Below, piece after piece: positions 12,759 through 22,105 of a stretch of 64,000 nucleotides of DNA. This DNA comes from Myxococcota bacterium (GTDB taxonomy: Bacteria; Myxococcota_A; UBA796; UBA2385): the NCBI GenBank assembly GCA_044344255.1, contig JBIJDH010000012.1:165300-229299 (forward strand). The letters run 5' to 3'. The stretch's first letter is position 1. Each line of letters starts with the position of its first letter. The notes under the pieces are model-generated. The model was given only the letters and a program-made list of their open reading frames with translations. It made no database searches and was not told the DNA's origin. The position numbers and the translations under genes were made by a program.

Positions 12759-13697
12759 TCAACGCTCCTGGCCGACGATGGCGAGGAAGGCTTCTTCCAG
12801 CGTGGGCTGATGGCGCTCCATGGCGCGGATGCTCCACGCAGACTCGGTAGCGAGGCGGGCGACGGCGGTGCGCGGATCGGCGCTGGCCCGCAGCTCGAGC
12901 ACTTGGAAGCCGTCGGCCTCCCCGAGGGGGGTGACCCGCTCGACCATCGGGAGCGCCCCGACCCGGGTGGAGAGCCCCGCGGCGTCGAGGCCGGCGCCCG
13001 CGAGCTCCACCCGAAAGCGGATGCCCGCTCCGACCCGGTCCCGCAGCTGGTCGAGGGTGCCCTCTCCGAGCACCTTGCCGCGGCCGATGACCACCGCTCG
13101 CCGACACAGCATCTCCACCTCGGGGAGGATGTGGGTCGACAGGATGACCGTGCGGTCGACGGCCAGGGCGCGGATGAACTCGCGAATGCCCACCACCTGA
13201 CCGGGATCGAGGCCGCTCGTGGGCTCATCGAGGATGAGCACCTCGGGGTCATGCAGCACGGCTTGGGCGAGCCCGACCCGCTGCCGATAGCCCTTGGACA
13301 AGGAGCCGAGGACCCGGCCCTCCCAGCCCTGTAGGCCCACCTTCTCCATCACCTCCCCGATCTTCTTCGAGCGGCTCTTCGCGGGGACCTCTCGGATCTC
13401 CGCCACGAAGTGCAGGTAGTCGCCGATGGTGAGCTCGGGGTAGAGGGGCGGCGTCTCCGGGAGGTAGCCCACACGCCGGCGGACGGACATCGGGTCTTCG
13501 AAGACGTCGAAGCCAGCGACGATGGCGCGCCCCTCAGTGGCCGGGAGGAAGCCCGTCAGCACCCGCATGGTGGTGGTCTTGCCGGCGCCGTTGGGCCCGA
13601 TGAACCCGAGGACCTCACCCTTACCGACCTCGAAGCTCACCCCGCCGACGGCCACGCGTTGACCGAAGCGTTTGACGATGCCCTGCGCTGAGATCAT
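12759..13697 (-). CDS. ABC transporter ATP-binding protein (GldA-like)
   Basis: GPNGAGKTT, LSKGYRQR, LILDEPTSGLDP, STHIL. Confidence 0.95.
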   Translation of the reverse strand: MISAQGIVKRFGQRVAVGGVSFEVGKGEVLGFIGPNGAGKTTTMRVLTGFLPATEGRAIVAGFDVFEDPMSVRRRVGYLPETPPLYPELTIGDYLHFVAEIREVPAKSRSKKIGEVMEKVGLQGWEGRVLGSLSKGYRQRVGLAQAVLHDPEVLILDEPTSGLDPGQVVGIREFIRALAVDRTVILSTHILPEVEMLCRRAVVIGRGKVLGEGTLDQLRDRVGAGIRFRVELAGAGLDAAGLSTRVGALPMVERVTPLGEADGFQVLELRASADPRTAVARLATESAWSIRAMERHQPTLEEAFLAIVGQER

Positions 13698-13773
13698 CGG
13701 GCTCCCGAGGTTCGGCCCCCGTGTAATCGTCATCGCCGACCGGGTAAAGGGGGAGACCTGACCGGACCCGCCG

Positions 13774-14418
13774 ATGCTTCGTCCTCGCCGAACGCGAACT
13801 CGATCCTTCTACCCTTTGGTTTTGGTGACGGCCCTCGCCGGGCCCGCCCTCGCCGCCGCCCCGCCGGAGGCCGACTCCCCGCCTGCCCCCGAGGCCCCGG
13901 CCGAAGCCGCGCTCGCCGAGACCACCGAGGTAGACCGGATCGTCGCCGTGGTCGGGGACCGCCTCGTGCTGCTCTCGGACCTCCAGGTCGAGCTCACCCT
14001 CGCCGCCCGGAGCCCCAGCCCCTTGAGCGTGCTGCGCCGTCGACAGGCCGAGCCCCTCGACATGTTGATCGACGCCGCCATCCTCCGCGGTCTGGCGGGG
14101 GAGACCTCGGTCTACCAGCCGAGCGCCGCCGAGGTGCGATCCCGCCTCGACGCCTTCCAGGCCACCTTCACCGATCCCGCCGACCTCCGACGATGGCTCG
14201 ACCAGAGCGGGCTCGACGACGAGCGCCTCCGCGGGCTGATCTACGCGCGACTGGTCGTCGAGAGGTACGTTCAGCGTAACGTCGGCCTCCCCTCCGAGGC
14301 GGCGAATGAGGGCGCGGAGGCCGCTTTTGAGCGCTACCGGCTGTGGGTCGAAGGGCAGCGGAGCGAGGCCGCGATCCGCCTGGTCACCGCTCGCCAACCC
14401 CGAACGCACTCCCCATGA
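13774..14418 (+). CDS. Exported protein with SurA N-terminal-like chaperone domain
   Basis: Signal peptide then VDRIVAVVGDRLVLLSDL; no PPIase domain seen. Confidence 0.6.
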   Translation: MLRPRRTRTRSFYPLVLVTALAGPALAAAPPEADSPPAPEAPAEAALAETTEVDRIVAVVGDRLVLLSDLQVELTLAARSPSPLSVLRRRQAEPLDMLIDAAILRGLAGETSVYQPSAAEVRSRLDAFQATFTDPADLRRWLDQSGLDDERLRGLIYARLVVERYVQRNVGLPSEAANEGAEAAFERYRLWVEGQRSEAAIRLVTARQPRTHSP

Positions 14419-14864
14419 TGCTCCGCCGGTGCACCGTCGAGGACGCTGTCGCCATCGCGGCCTTAGAGGAGCGCTGCTTCGGTGAAGAGGCCTGGTCCGC
14501 CGCCCAGGTCGCAGGCTCCCTGCTCCGCCCCGGCGGCTTCGGCCTCCTCCTCCCCGACCAGGGCTACGCCATCGGCTGGAGCTTCCTCGGCGAGGCAGAG
14601 CTGCTGCGCATCGGCGCCGATCCGGCCTGCCGCGGCCAGGGGGTGGGCGCGCGCCTGCTGGGGGAGACAGAGGGCCTCGCCGCGGCGCTCGGCGCGGAGC
14701 GGCTCTTCCTCGAGGTCAAGGAGGGCAACACACCCGCCATCCGTCTCTACGAGCGAGGGGGCTGGACCGCCTGCGGTCGCCGCCGCCGCTACTACTCCGA
14801 CGGCCGCGACGCCCTCCTCTACGAGCTCGAGCTCCAGAGGGCCGCTACTTCGGACCGAAGTTGA
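14415..14864 (+). CDS. rimI: Ribosomal-protein-alanine N-acetyltransferase RimI-like GNAT
   Basis: EAELLRIG, RGQGVG, FLEVKEGNTPAIRLY, GRRRRYY..DA. ATG overlaps upstream stop. Confidence 0.8.
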   Translation: MMLRRCTVEDAVAIAALEERCFGEEAWSAAQVAGSLLRPGGFGLLLPDQGYAIGWSFLGEAELLRIGADPACRGQGVGARLLGETEGLAAALGAERLFLEVKEGNTPAIRLYERGGWTACGRRRRYYSDGRDALLYELELQRAATSDRS

Positions 14865-15798
14865 AGGGCAGGTTGAGGTCGACCGGCTCGCAGATCCGAC
14901 CAAACTGCCACTTCTGCACGTTGCGCTTCAGGCACTCCTCGAAGCCGGCGTCGGAGACCTTCTGGGCGACCACCTTGACCGGCCCGGGCTTGCCGTCGGT
15001 CTGCAGCGTGAACATGACCTTCCAGCGCCCGCGCAGATCGTCGTTCGTGTTCAACGCCGTGTTGTAACACTGGTTGAGCTGCGAACCGAAACGCTCGACG
15101 ACGGCCTTCACCATCGCGCGCACCTCGTCGTCCTTGCAGTGCACGATCCCTTGCGGACCGCGGTCGCCGGGGCCCACCTGGGCGATCGCGAAGGGGTCCG
15201 CGAGGCCCTGGGAGCCGCTGCCCGCGCTGATGACCGGCCCACCGGAGGGCGGCGGCGCGGAGCCGCCGGAGGTGGAGCGGCGCGACGAGGTCGTGTTGCT
15301 GGCCACCAGCTCGGGGTTGGACGCCGGGACGCTGGCGCTGGCCCCCGAAGTGCCCCCAGAAGAGCCGCCTGAAGCCGAGGCGCCCTCGGCGCTCGACCCA
15401 TTGTCGGGGGCGCGGGGCGTCCGCTTCTTCGATCCCGCGCTCGACCCGTTGGACTCCGCGACAGCCTCCGCCTCGGTGGCGGGCAAGTCCCGGTGGGCCG
15501 AGAGCGGCACTACCTCAAAGTCCTCGAGGGTGAACTCCGGCAGCGGGGGCTCCGGCCGGAAGACCACCCAGCTCAGGACGCCCACGGAGCCCAGCAAGGC
15601 CAGGGCCAAGGGGAGCCGTGCCCGCTTCTTCTTCTTCTGCGCGATCTCTGCGTCTGCGCGCTCCTTCGCCTTCGCTGCTTCGCCGGGATCGGTGGCCGCC
15701 TCCTCCCCGGGGATCTCGATCAGGCAATGAGGGCAGTGGCCGCCGAACCGGAGGAGGTCTTCCTTCACCGGCTTGCGACAGAAGGGGCAGGCGACCAT
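14845..15798 (-). CDS. Membrane protein: zinc ribbon, TM, low-complexity linker, AgmX/PglI (TonB-C-like) C-terminal domain
   Basis: CPFC..CPHC, TM helix, QLNQCYNTAL..LRGRW..ECLKRNVQKWQF..LPFNF. Confidence 0.75.
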   Translation of the reverse strand: MVACPFCRKPVKEDLLRFGGHCPHCLIEIPGEEAATDPGEAAKAKERADAEIAQKKKKRARLPLALALLGSVGVLSWVVFRPEPPLPEFTLEDFEVVPLSAHRDLPATEAEAVAESNGSSAGSKKRTPRAPDNGSSAEGASASGGSSGGTSGASASVPASNPELVASNTTSSRRSTSGGSAPPPSGGPVISAGSGSQGLADPFAIAQVGPGDRGPQGIVHCKDDEVRAMVKAVVERFGSQLNQCYNTALNTNDDLRGRWKVMFTLQTDGKPGPVKVVAQKVSDAGFEECLKRNVQKWQFGRICEPVDLNLPFNFGPK

Positions 15799-15945
15799 CC
15801 GGGCTCCAGCCAAAGTCCGCGTTCATCAGGACGGCGCGCTCTTGCGGGAGAGATCGCCAGGGACCGCCCGAGCGTGTGCGCTCCGTGGAGCGAGCCACGC
15901 GCGGCCGGCGCCACAGGGTACCATCCGCGCTCCCCCCTCGGCAAG

Positions 15946-16017
15946 GGTCGGCGACCATCGATGTCAAAGGAGACCGTGCGCTCGCCCACGCTCCTTTGAC
16001 ATCGATGGTCGCCGACC
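15946..16017. repeat. Perfect 27-bp inverted repeat with 18-nt spacer
   Basis: GGTCGGCGACCATCGATGTCAAAGGAG (15946-15972) and its exact reverse complement (15991-16017). Confidence 0.95.
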
Positions 16018-16060
16018 TTAGGCCCAAAACTGTCCAAAAGCGCCAATCAGGGGTGGGCCG

Positions 16061-16669
16061 ATGTCCTCAAAGACTGCCGAAGACGATGGACCAACGGGAG
16101 AGCGGGCCAAGGCCCGGGCCCCCAGGGCCTCCCTTGGCCGCGACTTCCTGCGCACCACGATCGGTGACGCCCTCCTGCCCCTGCTGCAGGACTCGATGGA
16201 GGACGTCGTCTTCGAGGCCCTGGATCGCCGGCAGGTCCCGACCCGCACCGACTTCAAGGAGCTCCGAGACCTCCAAAACAGCCTCCGCGGGCAGCTCGTC
16301 GGCGCCACCGGCGGGGTCAAGCGGCTGTCGGAGCTCGTCGACGATCAAGACCAGCGCATCTCCGCCGCGGAGGCCTCGCTCGCCGCCCTCGAGGCGAGGC
16401 TCACGCGGCTGGAGGCGTCGCTGACAGGCCGCCTCCCCCTGAAGTTTGACGACGACAACGCCTTCGCCGGCGGAGCCACCGGAATCACCATCGCTGCGAC
16501 CGATGCGGCCCCAGCCGGCCGGGAGGCGGCCCAGGGGCCTCCGGACCAGGATTCGAACCACGAGGCCGAGCGTTGCGCCGTCCCCGGCTGTACCGAGAGC
16601 CCTCGCGCCCGCGGCTACTGCGCCCGGCATTACCAGAAGTGGCGCCGCGGCACCTTGCCGGAGGCTTGA
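16061..16669 (+). CDS. Coiled-coil protein with C-terminal VegA-like CxxxxC..C..H zinc finger
   Basis: CAVPGCTESPRARGYCARHYQKWRRGTLP resembles myxobacterial vegetative-protein zinc fingers. Confidence 0.65.
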   Translation: MSSKTAEDDGPTGERAKARAPRASLGRDFLRTTIGDALLPLLQDSMEDVVFEALDRRQVPTRTDFKELRDLQNSLRGQLVGATGGVKRLSELVDDQDQRISAAEASLAALEARLTRLEASLTGRLPLKFDDDNAFAGGATGITIAATDAAPAGREAAQGPPDQDSNHEAERCAVPGCTESPRARGYCARHYQKWRRGTLPEA

Positions 16670-16692
16670 GCGCGTCGCCCTCCCCGCAGGGG

Positions 16693-17394
16693 TCAACGGA
16701 TGCCGTAATACGTGTCGAGGCAGACGACGCCGATGTTGCAGACGGCGTGGAACAAGGCGCCGGTGATGACGCCCCCCGTCCGCTCCCGCATCCAGGCGAA
16801 GACCATGCCCGGGAAGAATGTGGCGAAGTGCCACCACTGGAGCTGGACCACCGAGTGTCCGAAGGCGAAGAAGAGCCCCGCGATGACCGCGCCCGGCCCC
16901 ATGGGCACGCCGAAGATGAGCCAACGCCGCGCGAAGACCTCGTTCAGGCGGGTCTGGAAGTAGCCGCGGTAGAAGAACTCCTCGGGGATCGCCACGTAGA
17001 AGATCTGGTATGCGACGAGCTCGAGCAGCGCCGCTGGCGAGCCGTGCCCCGGCGAGGCGTGGAAGAGCTGCGTCTGGTAGAGGTGGTAGCCCACCAGGAA
17101 GGGCAAGGTGATGACGCCCAGCACCTTGGCGTTCAACACGAGGGCAGCCCTCCACGCTGGCCAGTCGAAGAAGCCGGGGATGCTGAGCTGATAGTCCCAG
17201 GAGTCGACGCCGCGGTAACGACAGAGGGCCACCGGGGCGTAGATGAAGAGGAGGGGGACCACCGCCAGCACCGCCTCGTGGACGGAGACAGCGGCCTGGA
17301 GGGCGACGACGCCGCGGATCAACAGGAGCACGCCCAACCAGAGCAGCGTCAGCTCACGGAGGACGCCGAGCCGCGCCCTCGTCGACTCGCTCAA
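16693..17394 (-). CDS. CPBP glutamic intramembrane protease, myxosortase MrtC-like
   Basis: PEEFFYRGYFQ, FAFGH, TFFPGMVFAWMRERTG, FHAVCN. Probable TTG start overlapping the larE stop (alternative 17469). Confidence 0.8.
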   Translation of the reverse strand: MSESTRARLGVLRELTLLWLGVLLLIRGVVALQAAVSVHEAVLAVVPLLFIYAPVALCRYRGVDSWDYQLSIPGFFDWPAWRAALVLNAKVLGVITLPFLVGYHLYQTQLFHASPGHGSPAALLELVAYQIFYVAIPEEFFYRGYFQTRLNEVFARRWLIFGVPMGPGAVIAGLFFAFGHSVVQLQWWHFATFFPGMVFAWMRERTGGVITGALFHAVCNIGVVCLDTYYGIR

Positions 17395-18299
17395 CGGCCG
17401 CTCGCCCCGCCGGAGAGGGCGCGCGAGAGGATCCCCTGACGGTAGCCCATGAGGTCCAAGGTCACCCATTCGAAGCCCTCCGCGCGGCTCACCTCCACCA
17501 GGGCCTCCCGGATCCCCGGCTCGAACAAGCAAGGGAGCTCAGCGGGATCGAGCTCCAGGCGCAGCATCGGCTTGCCCTCCAGCTCGTGCCAGCGGGCCCG
17601 AAACTGCCGGAGCCCGATGGTGCGGAGGTAGCTCTCGACCCGCTGCACCGCCACCACCCGTGGCAGCGTCACCCGCGTACCGACCGGGAAGCGGCTGCCG
17701 AGGCAGGCGAAGGCCGGCTTGTCCCAGACGGGGAGGCCGAGGCGCCGCGCGAGGCTCCGCACCTGCGCCTTGGTCAGGCCCGCCTCAACCAGCGGGTGAC
17801 GGATCTGCCGCTCGCCTGCGGCGACGAGGCCGGGGCGGTGGCCGCCGAGGTCTTCGACCAGGGTGCCGTCAGCCACCCAGCGGAGGCCGAGCTCAGCCGC
17901 CCGACGGCGCGCCAGATCGAAGAGCTCCGCCTTGCAGAAGTAGCAGCGGTCACCCTTGTTGGCGGCATAGCCCTCCGACTCGATCTCCGAGGACTCGACC
18001 AGGACGTGCCGCACCCCCACCTGCCGGGCGACGGCCTCCGCCAACGCCCGCTCTTCGGGAGGGAAGGTCGGCGAGACCGCGGTGAGCGCCACGGCCTTCG
18101 TCCCGAGCGTGGCCACGGCCACCGCCACGACCAGCGCCGAGTCGACGCCGCCGGAGAAGGCGACCAGCACCTCCCCCATCTCCTCGAGCACGGCCTCGAG
18201 CCGCTCGGCCGCGGCCTCCAGCGCAGGGTCTGCCGGCAGAGAGGCCTCGCTCTCGATGACGGTGTCCACCTCGATGACGCTCTCGATGACGCTGTCCAC
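17391..18299 (-). CDS. larE: LarE-like ATP-dependent sulfur transferase (PP-loop)
   Basis: AFSGGVDS, RCYFCK, RPGL, WDKPAFACLGSRFP, TLDLMGYRQG. Confidence 0.85.
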   Translation of the reverse strand: MDSVIESVIEVDTVIESEASLPADPALEAAAERLEAVLEEMGEVLVAFSGGVDSALVVAVAVATLGTKAVALTAVSPTFPPEERALAEAVARQVGVRHVLVESSEIESEGYAANKGDRCYFCKAELFDLARRRAAELGLRWVADGTLVEDLGGHRPGLVAAGERQIRHPLVEAGLTKAQVRSLARRLGLPVWDKPAFACLGSRFPVGTRVTLPRVVAVQRVESYLRTIGLRQFRARWHELEGKPMLRLELDPAELPCLFEPGIREALVEVSRAEGFEWVTLDLMGYRQGILSRALSGGASGR

Positions 18300-18450
18300 C
18301 TCGACCTCATCCTCCCGGCCCGGGGAGGCCGCCGCACTCGCTAATCGCGCCGCGGGCCTTGTCCAGCTCGGGGCGACCAGACGGTGGGGTCCGTGGCAGG
18401 TGAGAGCGCGGGTGCTATGCTCGCGCGGCTGTCCGCCGCTCGAGGTGCAG

Positions 18451-21400
18451 ATGCGATCCCTCGTCCCCTTGCTCTGGCTGCTCCCCTCGGTCGCCTGGAG
18501 CTGGCCGGCCGACGACGCGGCGTGGACACCGCTGACGGCGAGCGGCGCGGGCGTAGAGGATCTGGCAGGTGACGCCTATTTTCAGGCGGATGACCTCACC
18601 TTTGGCCCGCACTGTGACATCGTCGGCCAGGCGCCAGACTCGGCCGGATATTGGTCCGTTGACGAGGACTATCTCTACTTTCGGCTTCGATTGAACACAG
18701 ACCCCTCCTCCGGCTGGGCCTTGGCGGGCGTCGACACCATCGCCACCTACTCCGTGCTCTTCGACACGGTCCTCGAGGCGGAGGCCGACGGCGAGGTCCC
18801 CTCCCCTGAGGCCGGCCTGCTGCTGTACAGCGCCCCCGACGTGTCGAGCTCCGACACCCGCCCTGACCAGCTCGACCTCTTCACCTTCGCCGCCGCCGCG
18901 GCCTGGACAGACGCCCCGGTCTCCCCGCCGGTCCACACCGCCTACGCGCCCTTCGACGGTGACCGCGCCCGCGTCACCGTCCTCGCGCTCGGCGCCGCGG
19001 GGTACAGCGGCGACGACGACGCCTGGATCGACCTCTCCCTGCCCCGGCTCGTCTTCGAGGAGGAGACCGGGCTCGCCCCCACGGCCCTGTTCCGCGTCGC
19101 CCTCGCCAGCGGGGGGGGCAGCCTCGACGACACGCGGGTCTACGCCGACCTCGCGGGCGCCGACAACACCGTCGCCGCCGACTTCCGAGACGGTCTCCAG
19201 GACGCCATCTCCATCGACCAGGACGACGACGGGCTGCTCTACCCCGAGGAGCTCGACGCCGGCACGGACCCCACCCTCGCCGACACCGACGGCGACGGGC
19301 TCTCCGACCGCACCGAGCTCGAGACCTCCCACACCGATCCCACCGAGGCCGACTCCGACGGCGACACCCTCTCCGACGGCGAGGAGCTCACCTCCACGTT
19401 CACAGACCCCAACCTCGCCGACAGCGACGGGGACGGCCTCGACGACGCCACCGAGCTCCAGGTCACCGGCACCAACCCCCTCGACGCCGACTCCGACGAC
19501 GACACCATCGAAGACCTCGAGGAGACGGACTGCCCGCTCGGGGGCAGCACCACCGACCGCGACGGCGACGGACGACAAGACACCGAGGAGGCGAGCCTCG
19601 ACTCCGACGGCGACGAGGACCCGGACTTCTGCGACGAGGACGACGACGGCGACGGTATCCTCACCTCCGTCGAAGGTGGGGACGATCTCGATGACGACAG
19701 GGTCCCCAACTACCTCGATGACGACTCGGACGGGGACGGCCGCTCCGACCTCATCGAGGGTGAGGCGGACGACGACTGCGACAACCTCGACAACTACGTC
19801 GACGACGACGAGTCGGACGGCCCCTGCGCCGAGGGCGGCGGCGAAGACGGCGGCGACGACGACGGCGGGGCCTCGGACGGCGGCGCAGGGGACGGCCTCA
19901 AAGGCCTCGCAGGCGGTGACCTCACGGGCGGCACCTGCTCCACCGCCGGGAGCCCGATCGGCTGGTGGGCCCTGCTCGGCGGCGCCCTGCTCGTCGGTCG
20001 GCGGCGCCAGCGGCCAAGCCTCTCTTCCCTCCGCACTTCCTTTCGCCGCTCCCTCTCGCTCGCGCTCGGCCTCGGCTCGGTGGGGGGCCTCGCCCTCCGG
20101 GGCGCCGACGCGCGGGGCCAGGAGATCGACGCTCAGCGCTTTCGCCCGAACATCGACGGACAGACCTTCCTCCGCCTGGACGATCCAGCCCTCGGCGCGG
20201 CGGGCCCGAGCGGAGGCTTCACCTTCAACTACGCCCGCGACCTCTTTCAATACCGCTACGCCGATCCCGCCCTCGATCCGGTGCCGGTGCTCGCCCACGT
20301 CTCCACCGCAAACCTCTACGGGGCCTACACCCTCGGGCCGGCGCGGCTCGGCTTCGACGCCCCCCTCCACCTCGGCGCCGACGGCCTCGGCGTCGATGAG
20401 GCCGGCACCTACATCGTCGGCGACCTCCGCCTGGAGGCGAAGGTCCAGCTCCTCGATCGCCGCTCGGGGCCGGTCGGCCTCGCGGTCTCCGGGCTCCTCG
20501 ACGCCCCCACCGGCAACGGTCGGGCCTGGCTCGGCGCCGCAGGCCTGGGGGGCGGCGGTCGCCTCAGCCTCGCGACCGGGCGAACCTGGGTGGCGACCGG
20601 GGAGGCCGGCTTCACCTACACCCCCCACTCCGACCTCCCCGGCCTCGGCTGGGGGTCGAGCCTCGGCTGGGGGCTCGGCTTCGCCTCCCCCGCCTGGCTG
20701 AACGAAGCGCTCTGGCTCTCCGCGGAGCTCGATGGAGACAAGGTCTTCGACGCGGGCGCCGATCCGGGCGCCTCGCCGGTCGAGGCCCTGCTCGCGGTCC
20801 ACGGTCGCCCGGTGGGAGAGCTCGTGATCACGGGCGGCGCCGGGCGCGGGCTCAGCTCGGGCATCGGCGCCCCCGACCTGCGGCTGGTGTTTGGTGTCGG
20901 CTGGTCGCCGCGACGTGCGGCCCCCTTGATGTCCCCCGCCGGCTCCGACGCAGACAGAGACGGTGTCCCCTCGCCCCAAGACCTCTGTCCCGATCAGGCC
21001 GAAGACCGAAACGGCCAGATCGACGATGACGGCTGCCCCGAGAAGGACCTCACACCCACGCAGATCGAGGTGTGGGACCAGGACTCCCGCAAGCTGGCGC
21101 GGTCCACCGTCCAGCTCTCTCAGGGGCCCGAGACGGGCACCTGGGCCACCACCGACGGCGTGGTCGGCCACTCCCTGCCGCCCGGCACGTACACGCTGCG
21201 CTGCGCGGCCCCGGGCTACCGCGAGACGATCAGGGAGATCGACATCCCGCTGGCCACCACCCACTCGGTGGCCTGTCAGGTGGTCTCGGAGGCGGCGATC
21301 GGCCGGGTCCTGCTCACCATCCGCGACGAGGGTGGCGCGCCCATCGACGCCAAGGTGCGGGTGCCCGCCCGCCAGCTCGAGCAGACCTCCAAGGACGGCG

Positions 21401-21951
21401 TCACCACGCTCGAGCTGCCCGCCGGCCACCACAGCGTCATCGTCACCGCCCCCGGCTATCAGCTCGCCCAGGTCGAGGTCGAGCTGGCCTCCGCCTCCCA
21501 GGTGGGCTCCTCGGTCACGCTGCGGCCGATTCAGAGCTTCACGGGCACCGCCGCGTCGTCCGAGATCCGGATGGTTGGCGACTACATCAGCGTCCCCGAG
21601 ATGGTCTTCTTCGACTCCGGCTCGGCCTCGCTGACGGCGGCCGCCTTCCCAGTCCTCGAGCAGCTCATCAACTTCCTGCACGGCCACCCCGAGATCCGTC
21701 GCATCGAGATCCGCGGCCACGCCGACAAGCGCGGCTCCGCCGAGCTCAACCACGACCTCAGCCAGCGCAGAGCCGACGCGGTCGCGATCTACCTGGTCAG
21801 CCGGGACGCCCCGTCTTGGATCGCCTACGTGCCGACCGGCTACGGGGAGTCGAAGCCCCTCCAGATCGGCGAGGAGGTCCGCGCTCTCGAGACCAACCGT
21901 CGGGTCGACTTTGTGGTCGTTCGAGACGAGCCGAGCGGGGGTGCCCCCTGA
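18451..21951 (+). CDS. Large secreted protein: Ca-binding (TSP3-like) repeat region, internal MYXO-CTERM, second signal peptide, beta-barrel, carboxypeptidase-regulatory-like domains, OmpA C-terminal domain
   Basis: MRSLVPLLWLLPSVAWS signal; DTDGDGLSD repeats; GGTCS..WWALLGGALLVGRRR; IDAQRFRP..; RGHADKRG..LSQRRA..GYGESKP..NRRVDF. Confidence 0.85.
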   Translation: MRSLVPLLWLLPSVAWSWPADDAAWTPLTASGAGVEDLAGDAYFQADDLTFGPHCDIVGQAPDSAGYWSVDEDYLYFRLRLNTDPSSGWALAGVDTIATYSVLFDTVLEAEADGEVPSPEAGLLLYSAPDVSSSDTRPDQLDLFTFAAAAAWTDAPVSPPVHTAYAPFDGDRARVTVLALGAAGYSGDDDAWIDLSLPRLVFEEETGLAPTALFRVALASGGGSLDDTRVYADLAGADNTVAADFRDGLQDAISIDQDDDGLLYPEELDAGTDPTLADTDGDGLSDRTELETSHTDPTEADSDGDTLSDGEELTSTFTDPNLADSDGDGLDDATELQVTGTNPLDADSDDDTIEDLEETDCPLGGSTTDRDGDGRQDTEEASLDSDGDEDPDFCDEDDDGDGILTSVEGGDDLDDDRVPNYLDDDSDGDGRSDLIEGEADDDCDNLDNYVDDDESDGPCAEGGGEDGGDDDGGASDGGAGDGLKGLAGGDLTGGTCSTAGSPIGWWALLGGALLVGRRRQRPSLSSLRTSFRRSLSLALGLGSVGGLALRGADARGQEIDAQRFRPNIDGQTFLRLDDPALGAAGPSGGFTFNYARDLFQYRYADPALDPVPVLAHVSTANLYGAYTLGPARLGFDAPLHLGADGLGVDEAGTYIVGDLRLEAKVQLLDRRSGPVGLAVSGLLDAPTGNGRAWLGAAGLGGGGRLSLATGRTWVATGEAGFTYTPHSDLPGLGWGSSLGWGLGFASPAWLNEALWLSAELDGDKVFDAGADPGASPVEALLAVHGRPVGELVITGGAGRGLSSGIGAPDLRLVFGVGWSPRRAAPLMSPAGSDADRDGVPSPQDLCPDQAEDRNGQIDDDGCPEKDLTPTQIEVWDQDSRKLARSTVQLSQGPETGTWATTDGVVGHSLPPGTYTLRCAAPGYRETIREIDIPLATTHSVACQVVSEAAIGRVLLTIRDEGGAPIDAKVRVPARQLEQTSKDGVTTLELPAGHHSVIVTAPGYQLAQVEVELASASQVGSSVTLRPIQSFTGTAASSEIRMVGDYISVPEMVFFDSGSASLTAAAFPVLEQLINFLHGHPEIRRIEIRGHADKRGSAELNHDLSQRRADAVAIYLVSRDAPSWIAYVPTGYGESKPLQIGEEVRALETNRRVDFVVVRDEPSGGAP

Positions 21952-22105
21952 AGCGCCGCCAGAGGCTCGATGACTTGTCAATTCGCGCGGAGCCCGGTAC
22001 CATGCCAACGTTGGTAAGCCTCCAATCGGCAGACCCAGCCGCAGGCAGGCGACCAGGTCTTCCGTGCGGGGTCCGCCCTCCGGTCCCCCTGAATGGAGCC
22101 CGACG

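Noticed and set aside
15946..16017. Palindrome as integron attC site, terminator or CRISPR repeat
   Set aside because: No RYYYAAC/GTTRRRY ends, no U-tract, located between gene starts, single copy, no spacers or cas genes.
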